Source: a virus
Lineage: Duplodnaviria; Heunggongvirae; Uroviricota; Caudoviricetes
DNA: 18,142 nucleotides
IMG/VR virus record: IMGVR_UViG_2703718802_000010
Strand: one strand, 5' to 3'
The notes beneath the pieces were generated by a model. The model made no database searches and was not told where the DNA came from. It was given only the letters and a program-made list of their open reading frames with translations. The position numbers and the translations under genes are program-made. This document shows, piece after piece, positions 1 to 6,414 of this stretch (position 1 is its first letter; every line of letters starts with the position of its first letter).

Positions 1-405
1 ATGGATCAGGTCGTTGTTTTTCAAAAGATGTTTGAGCAAGTGAGAAAAGAGCAAAACTTCTCCTGGTTTTATTCAGAATTAAAACATCACCGTATTGCAC
101 ATTACATTTATTATCTGGCTACGGATAACATCAGAATTATTACTCACGATGATACGGTTTTGTTATTAAGAGGAACCAGGAACCTGTTAAAAGTTAGTAC
201 GACCAAGAACCCTGCTAAAATAAAAGAGGCCGCATTGCTTCATATTTGCGGAAAATCTACATTTCGGGAATACTGTTCAACACTGGCAGGCGCGGGCGTT
301 TTCCGGTGGGTTACTGATGTTAATCATAACAAACGCAGTTACTACGCCATTGATAATACGCTTTTATATATTGAAGATGTAGAAAATAATAAACCATTAA
401 TCTAG
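1..405 (+). CDS. ycgX: YcgX-like DUF1398-family protein, 134 aa
   Basis: Full ORF starting at window position 1. Translation matches my recollection of E. coli YcgX in length (134 aa) and sequence; sits next to iraM as in the K-12 chromosome. Recall-based, not searched. Confidence 0.6.
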   Translation: MDQVVVFQKMFEQVRKEQNFSWFYSELKHHRIAHYIYYLATDNIRIITHDDTVLLLRGTRNLLKVSTTKNPAKIKEAALLHICGKSTFREYCSTLAGAGVFRWVTDVNHNKRSYYAIDNTLLYIEDVENNKPLI

Positions 406-610
406 CTAAAGTTGGATACTTAAGAAATGCTTCATAATTCAGTAAGGCATTAGCATAATGGAAATAAAAGTGCAGAGACTATCTCTATGGATGATTAATA
501 CTGTCTTTTTATTGTCACCCATAAATAATCACCAGACTAATACTATCAACTTGATATTTGAAATGTGATCACTTGACTTTTGATACGTTATTTTATAACG
601 GTTAACATAT

Positions 611-662
611 TTATAAAAACAACGGCCGTGCCACACGTCCGTTTCAATACTTAACGCACATG
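611..662. repeat. About 50-bp copy of the icd-terminator-like module (imperfect hairpin AACGGCCGTG..ACGTCCGTT plus flank); second copy at 1474-1524
   Basis: Direct comparison: shared blocks aaaacaacgg / cgtg / ccgtttcaata / ttaac / cacatg, roughly 80% identity to the 1474-1524 segment. On the minus strand the hairpin is followed by a T-rich run (gtttttataaat). Confidence 0.6.
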
Positions 663-1010
663 TATTTTGGTTTAGTCATCATCCGGTTATATGTATTTTA
701 GCCAGGAACAGGTTAAATCATTCCTATATAACTCAAAAATTGAAACCTTATTCTCATGTCATGCTTATATTCATTATTATCGTTATATAAAAAGGCAACC
801 ATAATGTTTAGCAAATTGGCACAAAGTAGCATAAAGGCTATGTTTTAATTACAGGATGTTCAGTCATTTGAATGTATAACATTATAGCTAAACAAATCTA
901 AAACGAAGTCAATAATTTATTGCTTTCACAAAATCTCATTTTGTTTAACATCCATTGAGATTCCTTGCTTTAAATTTTATTTTATATAAGCCATCATTTT
1001 AATTAATTTA

Positions 1011-1027
1011 TTTTTTTGAGGGGGGGG
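1011..1027. repeat. Homopolymer pair T7-GA-G8 (tttttttgagggggggg) about 80 bp upstream of iraM
   Basis: Read directly from sequence; a G run of 8 is unusual in an AT-rich intergenic region. Confidence 0.9.
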
Positions 1028-1104
1028 TAATATACTCATATGCAAAATCAAGAAATAAACATCCTAATGAACCATATTAAATACCGTGGGATAAGACATA
1101 ACAA

Positions 1105-1428
1105 ATGAAGTGGATAGTAATTGACACGGTAATTCAACCTACATGTGGTATATCTTTTTCAGCCATATGGGGTAATATGAAAATGATCATCTGGTATCAA
1201 TCTACTATATTTCTCCCTCCTGGCAGTATATTTACACCGGTTAAGTCTGGTATTATCCTTAAGGATAAAGAATATCCTATTACTATTTATCACATCGCAC
1301 CATTCAACAAGGATTTATGGAGTTTACTCAAAAGCAGTCAAGAGTGTCCTCCAGGAGAAAGCAAAATAACAAATAAATGTTTACATAATAGTTGCATTAT
1401 AAAAATATGCCCATATGGGCTCAAGTAA
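1105..1428 (+). CDS. iraM: Anti-adaptor protein IraM (RssB inhibitor, stabilises RpoS), 107 aa
   Basis: 107-aa ORF beginning [24 protein letters not shown], matching my recollection of IraM (YcgW) in length and sequence, in its expected position between ycgX and the icd fragment. Confidence 0.7.
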   Translation: MKWIVIDTVIQPTCGISFSAIWGNMKMIIWYQSTIFLPPGSIFTPVKSGIILKDKEYPITIYHIAPFNKDLWSLLKSSQECPPGESKITNKCLHNSCIIKICPYGLK

Positions 1429-1470
1429 TGGGCTTCATATAAATATGCTCGATATGCTATTAATAATATC

Positions 1471-1507
1471 CACATAAATAAAACAACGGGCGTGTTATAC
1501 GCCCGTT
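1471..1507 (-). terminator. Rho-independent terminator of the icd 3' fragment
   Basis: Perfect 8-bp stem AACGGGCG / CGCCCGTT with 7-nt loop (1485-1507); on the minus strand it is followed by TTGTTTTATTT, immediately downstream of the icd-fragment stop at 1531-1533. Confidence 0.7.
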
Positions 1508-1530
1508 TCAATATTTAACACATGGAGAGA

Positions 1531-1695
1531 TTACATGTTTTCGATGATCGCTTCACCAAACTCTGAACATTTCAGCAGCTTAGCGCCTTCCATCAGACGT
1601 TCGAAGTCATAAGTTACGGTCTTGGCATTGATTGCGCCTTCCATACCTTTAACAATCAGGTCAGCCGCTTCAGTCCAACCCATATGGCGCAGCAG
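1531..1695 (-). pseudogene. icdC: icdC: displaced 3' fragment of isocitrate dehydrogenase, about 52 codons plus stop
   Basis: Minus-strand translation from about 1689 down to the stop at 1531-1533 gives [52 protein letters not shown], the Icd C-terminus. Upstream codons (LEFMVFYILL) are not Icd and there is no start codon, so this is an att-generated fragment rather than a gene. Confidence 0.85.
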
Positions 1696-1700
1696 TATAT
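1685..1700. other. Approximate prophage/host junction (att-derived) where icd homology ends
   Basis: Icd-like translation breaks at about 1690-1697. Exact core sequence cannot be defined without the other prophage end. Confidence 0.45.
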
Positions 1701-1958
1701 AAAAACCATGAATTCAAGTCATTGATATTTAACGATAAAAATTATTTTATTGTCTTTTTATTAGCCAAAATAAACTTTATTCAACCGTTTGATTTCATTG
1801 ACGTTCGTTTTTATTTTGGGGAAAGGTTTTCTCTACCATTTATATCCAAATTACAAGTCTACATTTTATTAACATCTCAATACATGTGAGGCCTTGCAGA
1901 CCTTTGTGAGACCTTATGTGTCTCTGTTTTGTCCCAACTTATGTTAAGAGGCACATAA

Positions 1959-2039
1959 TTAAAAATAAGATAACGATGCCGCCAAGCAGTGCAAAACCTT
2001 GTTTACTCCACGACTGTCTGCCCCATTATCTGCATACAT
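1959..2039 (-). CDS. Candidate small ORF, 26 aa (MYADNGADSRGVNKVLHCLAASLSYF), with a strong Shine-Dalgarno
   Basis: GGAGGA (2050-2045) sits 5 nt upstream of the ATG at 2039-2037; stop at 1961-1959. Not in the ORF track because of its length; no homology recognised. Confidence 0.25.
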   Translation of the reverse strand: MYADNGADSRGVNKVLHCLAASLSYF

Positions 2040-2395
2040 AATTATCCTCCATAACTGAGATAAATGTCGGTTATGAGCGAACAACAGACGTTTAGTTTAT
2101 GATGGCTGTGTCTATACATTAAACATAACATCCATTACCGGCACCGCTTATTAATTGCTATCTGATATTGTCACTAAAAAAATAGGCATTCCCCGATATA
2201 ATAATCACAAAGAAGCTTTTGGTGCTGGCAATCGGTATACCTCATAGTGGACTGCGACTTTCCGGGCACGACAAGGATATATCAATGTATGAGCAGGAAA
2301 ATTAGACCGTGGTGCGTCATATGATGACTAAGCACGGATAACAGCTACTTAATTGAAACTATTGATTATATTACAGCCAGTGCCTTATAGGATGG

Positions 2396-3517
2396 TTAGT
2401 CATCAACCGCGACTCCTGCACAATCATGGGCTATTGCCAGCAATTGTTTTTTAATTGCTTTAGCATCTACCGTCATATCTACTGTAGCAAAATGGATCTT
2501 ATGTCCCTGAGTGACAACATACTCATTAAGCATATAGCCAACAGCTGGATGAAGTAGAAGACCAGCGGCATTGAGCGAAAGCGGATCCGTCTTGTTCTCC
2601 TGTGTTCTAAGGTAGGTATATAGCTGATAAATATAGCCATTACGTAGTGATTGCTCCCGATGCCAACCCTTTGTCAGAATCGAATTAAATTTGGTATCGA
2701 TAATAATACGCCGCTGGGCAGTCTTGTGTTCCAGAATAATGTCTGACTTCATTGTCGGGAAAATCTCTGCACTACCTGCACTTTGATCGCTCAACGCCCA
2801 TTTCAGCTCTTTCCCTGCAGAGACCTGCCAAGTTGTTTTGGCAAGGTGTACACGATATAAGCCAGCGATACCTTTTTCAAATAGTCTTCTCATCCAGTAA
2901 AGGTTATTTGAGGGCGCAGGTAAAAGATATTGGCCTTGATCTTCGGTCGGCATCAGCAGTTCAAAAGCTAATCGTGCGGCATCGACCATCGGTTTATCTG
3001 CGGCATCATGGCGTCCAAAACGCCACACTGAGGGTAATTCGCGGGGGGCAGGATATCCTCCATTTATCCCCTCACGGCGAAGTGATATTGCCATAAAATG
3101 GCAATCTGCCGCCAAAGACGGTTTCACTATGATTGAGGCCAGACGTTCTAACGCACAGCGAACATAGCGATTTCGGGGGGTGTTGAGGGTTATGTCTTGA
3201 AAATGGCAGGCAACCTGTCCCCGTTCCAGCAGTTGATGACTGGCAGTATACAGTATGTCAATGCGCCCTCTCACCCGGTTCAGGGCCGCATGACAAGTTT
3301 GGTATCCCATATTTAAATTGCGACGTCGGCGCAGCGTAATCTCATGAAGGAGGATTGTCGCCACCAGGTCGGGGATTTCTGCTGGGTTATCTTCTACTGC
3401 GATCTGATTGCGCCCTAACTGGCGAAACAGATCTGAAGCGTACAGCATCAGCATCCAGATATTTCGCATGGGAATACGTGATGCTGTATGTTGCTCACTC
3501 CCGGTTATTGTCGTCAT
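2396..3517 (-). CDS. McrC-family nuclease subunit (PD-(D/E)xK-type) of a McrBC-like restriction system, 373 aa
   Basis: N-terminal IPMRNIWMLMLYASD resembles McrC IPVRNIYYMLTYAWG; C-terminal IIIDTKFNS and YIYQLYTYL resemble the McrC catalytic-core motifs. The ATG overlaps the upstream gene's stop in an ATGA 4-bp overlap (3514-3517). Confidence 0.8.
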   Translation of the reverse strand: MTTITGSEQHTASRIPMRNIWMLMLYASDLFRQLGRNQIAVEDNPAEIPDLVATILLHEITLRRRRNLNMGYQTCHAALNRVRGRIDILYTASHQLLERGQVACHFQDITLNTPRNRYVRCALERLASIIVKPSLAADCHFMAISLRREGINGGYPAPRELPSVWRFGRHDAADKPMVDAARLAFELLMPTEDQGQYLLPAPSNNLYWMRRLFEKGIAGLYRVHLAKTTWQVSAGKELKWALSDQSAGSAEIFPTMKSDIILEHKTAQRRIIIDTKFNSILTKGWHREQSLRNGYIYQLYTYLRTQENKTDPLSLNAAGLLLHPAVGYMLNEYVVTQGHKIHFATVDMTVDAKAIKKQLLAIAHDCAGVAVDD

Positions 3518-5496
3518 TTTGCTAATAACACTTTTCTGGCTTCATCGACTTTATTTGGAGCATCGAACCAATATTCGGCGAGCAAAGGGCAGATCTCTGT
3601 ATCAACGACTTGTTCATACCAAGCCTGGGCATCGTTGATTTTTTGGCCGATAGCTGGGGTGACATAGCTGTGACCGATACAAAACTGTGGTCCTAAGGTA
3701 ACATCTTTTGCCAGCATATCGTTTAATACCGTCAGTCGAGATTTGATGAATGCTAACATGTCAAAATCAATTGCGTAATTATAATTTACCCAGTTTCTCC
3801 ACGCGTCATTAAAAGCTGGCTTTAGATCGATAAACGCGAAACGACGGCGCAGCGCTAGGTCAAGTAGTGCGAGTGAGCGGTCTGCAATATTCATCGTACC
3901 GATGATATATAGATTCTCAGGAATGTATATTTTTTCATCAGCATTTTTAGGATAGGAAAGAGATAATGCCTCAGTCGGCGTGCGTTTATCTGCTTCCATC
4001 AACGTGAGTGTTTCACCGAAGATTTGCGCCGGATTGCCACGATTAATCTCTTCAATTATCACCACATATTTCGAGGTAGGATTATTGACTGCAGTTTTGA
4101 TTGCATTTACAAAAGGTCCATCAATTAGCGTCAATTGCCCTTCTTTACCTGGACGCCAGCCTCGAATAAAGTCTTCGTAAGAGAGGTTCGGGTGAAATTG
4201 CACCGCGCTAATACGCTCAGGTGCTTTTTCTCCCATCAAGCAGTACGCCAGACGTCGCGCTAACCAAGTTTTTCCAGTTCCGGGTGGTCCTTGTAATATC
4301 AGGTTTTTCTTGTCGATCAGGCGCTGAAGTGTGAGTTGGATCTTAGCCTCTTCCAAGAAACAGCCATCCTGCACCAGATGACTGATGTCATAAGGAACGT
4401 GGGTGAGTTTTGGCAACAGCGCACTCTCTTCGACAGTTTCCTCAGTTATCGTCTGGGATTCGTTTTTCTCAAAATTCAGGTATTCATAATTTCCGGACTC
4501 GAGGGACTTTAACTCATCATCATTGCATAGTTTCTGTAGATAAAAGTAGATTGAGCTTGTAACAGTTTTGCTCTCAGGATGCTCTACCTTGAATACGTCC
4601 AAGTAGTTTTCTTCCAACTCCGAAGCAGTGAAATAAGGGCCATTTTTTTTCAGGCATAACGCCTTAATTTTATTCAGTAAAGAGGCTTTCCACGTTCTAT
4701 TTGCCACCTCATCTTTAGACTGGCTAAGATCTGTATTCCACGCTGATAAGGAAAGTTCTGGGAAAGAATGAACCGGATAGTTTGGTTGGGTAAAGACCTC
4801 GTTCAGCGCCCGCATAAGACTCAGGTAACTTTGTCCACTACAGCGACCTTTTGCCCCGTTTTTAATGATCTTAATGTTTAACACTGTCTGAATGTAATAC
4901 TGCGACTGGCTATCTAAAGTGGGGTAGAACCAAGGACGGGTCCAGTACAACCCCATGGTGAGATTCCAACCGACATTCATTACTGTAGAAGCGATGTCAT
5001 ATGCGGCAGTGAAGTCTGCAGAGTTAGTATTCTGGTTATCCGCAAAGATCATTGCCTGTGAGAACATTTCCCACAAGCATTCAATGTCATTAGGGTCGCG
5101 TGACTTTTCATAACCAAAGAACCAAGATTTTTGGTTATTCAACAGAGGGATTCCGGCAAAGGAGTCAGGAATCGGTTCGTTCACGCCCAACAAATTCGCT
5201 AGCTTGGCAGCAATAATTTTGCGATTGCTGTCGGTCAAGTTACGATTGAACAAGCCCATAGTAGTAAACGGACAAATGTCTTTTAAGGGAAAGATCTCTC
5301 CCATAATAGATTTGTCCTGCAGATGGGACATTCCTTCCACACCCGAGGCAATTAGATGAATACCTTTGACTAATTCATCTCTACGATTTCGCCAAGTCAG
5401 TAACGCGTTGGCAAAAGCCTCATAAAAACTAGCCCAAGCAAACTTGCCATCATGTTCTGCTGTATCCACGGGAACTCCATTATACTTGTTGAGCAA
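3514..5496 (-). CDS. McrB-family AAA+ GTPase with a long non-canonical N-terminal region, 651-660 aa
   Basis: Walker A LILQGPPGTGKTW (residues about 401-411), Walker B VVIIEEINRGN, then GTMNIADRS and ALRRRFAF, all McrB-type motifs. The roughly 375 residues before the AAA+ domain are not recognisable as the canonical McrB DNA-binding domain. The track start at 5496 is a TTG with no SD; a GTG at 5469-5467 preceded by GGAG (5478-5475, 5-nt spacer) is the more likely start. Confidence 0.8.
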   Translation of the reverse strand: MLNKYNGVPVDTAEHDGKFAWASFYEAFANALLTWRNRRDELVKGIHLIASGVEGMSHLQDKSIMGEIFPLKDICPFTTMGLFNRNLTDSNRKIIAAKLANLLGVNEPIPDSFAGIPLLNNQKSWFFGYEKSRDPNDIECLWEMFSQAMIFADNQNTNSADFTAAYDIASTVMNVGWNLTMGLYWTRPWFYPTLDSQSQYYIQTVLNIKIIKNGAKGRCSGQSYLSLMRALNEVFTQPNYPVHSFPELSLSAWNTDLSQSKDEVANRTWKASLLNKIKALCLKKNGPYFTASELEENYLDVFKVEHPESKTVTSSIYFYLQKLCNDDELKSLESGNYEYLNFEKNESQTITEETVEESALLPKLTHVPYDISHLVQDGCFLEEAKIQLTLQRLIDKKNLILQGPPGTGKTWLARRLAYCLMGEKAPERISAVQFHPNLSYEDFIRGWRPGKEGQLTLIDGPFVNAIKTAVNNPTSKYVVIIEEINRGNPAQIFGETLTLMEADKRTPTEALSLSYPKNADEKIYIPENLYIIGTMNIADRSLALLDLALRRRFAFIDLKPAFNDAWRNWVNYNYAIDFDMLAFIKSRLTVLNDMLAKDVTLGPQFCIGHSYVTPAIGQKINDAQAWYEQVVDTEICPLLAEYWFDAPNKVDEARKVLLAK

Positions 5497-5600
5497 TGAT
5501 AATTTATCTGTGTGAGTTTTAACATATTACTATCAGTTATAGAAAAATTTAACTATCCGATACAGAGAGCGGAATGCTGAATTTGACCTGACTTGCTTCC

Positions 5601-5634
5601 AACCAATTAAAATCAACTTATTTATCAATTGGTT
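5601..5634. promoter_or_regulatory. Perfect 8-bp inverted repeat AACCAATT-N18-AATTGGTT upstream of the McrB-like gene
   Basis: Read directly; lies about 110-140 bp upstream of the McrB-like start in the 330-bp tfa/McrB intergenic region. Function (operator or hairpin) unknown. Confidence 0.3.
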
Positions 5635-5829
5635 ATTTTGGCACATGGCGGTCATCAAGGCAATATCGCGTTGTCATAAGGTGTCGAGGCTCGGAGGTTC
5701 AAATCCTCTCATACAAAAAATAAATAAAATTAATGACGGTTGGAAATTATTCAATACACTCTCGAAAGTACATCAGCCAACCGCAGCACGTTATTGCATA
5801 TAACGTTTCTGCGGCATATCACAAAACTA

Positions 5830-6414
5830 TTATTCCATAACAGGGATTGCAGGCCACTCAATATCAGGTGCAGTTGATGTATCAACACGATTCAGCAACA
5901 CCCGATACTTCTTCCAGGCTTCAAGCAACGAGGTTTCTTCCTCCGTTGCGATTTCCAGATCTGCAGCATCCTGAAGCGGGGCAATATGCTCACTGGCTAC
6001 CTGCATCAGGCTGTTTTTTGTTTCTTCCGCCTCCCGGATCCGGAACAGTTTTTCTGCTTCCGTATCCTTCACCCAGGCTGTGCCGTTCCACTTCTGAAAC
6101 TCCCCTTCCGGGGATAACCAGGTGATATTTTCCGGTAGAGGTCCGAGTTCAGAAATAAATAACGAGTCGCCGGAAGCCACGTCATAGACGGTTTTTCCCC
6201 GATGATCTTCAACGAGATGCCACGATGCCTCATCACTGTTGAAAACAGCCACGAAGCCTACCGGAATATCTGGCGGTGCAATATAGGTACTGTTTGCTGG
6301 CAGACCTGTATGAGGCGGAATATATGCGTCACCTTCACCAATAAATTCATTAGTTCCGGCCAGCAGATTATAAATTTTTATGGTCCGTGGTTGTTCACTC
6401 ATTCTGAATGCCAT
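5830..6414 (-). CDS. tfa: Tail fibre assembly protein Tfa, 194 aa
   Basis: Near-identical over its full length to my recollection of phage lambda Tfa ([24 protein letters not shown] ... [10 protein letters not shown]). Confidence 0.85.
   Translation of the reverse strand: MAFRMSEQPRTIKIYNLLAGTNEFIGEGDAYIPPHTGLPANSTYIAPPDIPVGFVAVFNSDEASWHLVEDHRGKTVYDVASGDSLFISELGPLPENITWLSPEGEFQKWNGTAWVKDTEAEKLFRIREAEETKNSLMQVASEHIAPLQDAADLEIATEEETSLLEAWKKYRVLLNRVDTSTAPDIEWPAIPVME

Noticed and set aside
930-1100. Possible PhoP box upstream of iraM
   Set aside because: Only single TGTTTA/TAAACA half-sites are visible; I could not find a convincing direct repeat with 5-bp spacing, so I do not annotate a site.
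2752-3096. 114-aa plus-strand ORF
   Set aside because: Lies entirely antisense within the McrC-like gene, which has clear family motifs; no SD and no recognisable domain.
3980-4180. 66-aa plus-strand ORF
   Set aside because: Antisense inside the McrB-like AAA+ domain coding region; chance ORF.
5641-5716. Possible complete tRNA gene
   Set aside because: Only the T-arm folds; no complementary 5' acceptor strand, D-arm or anticodon arm could be found upstream, and there is no CCA. Kept only as a fragment in the findings.
5847-6125. 92-aa plus-strand ORF
   Set aside because: Antisense within tfa, whose protein is a near-exact match to lambda Tfa.
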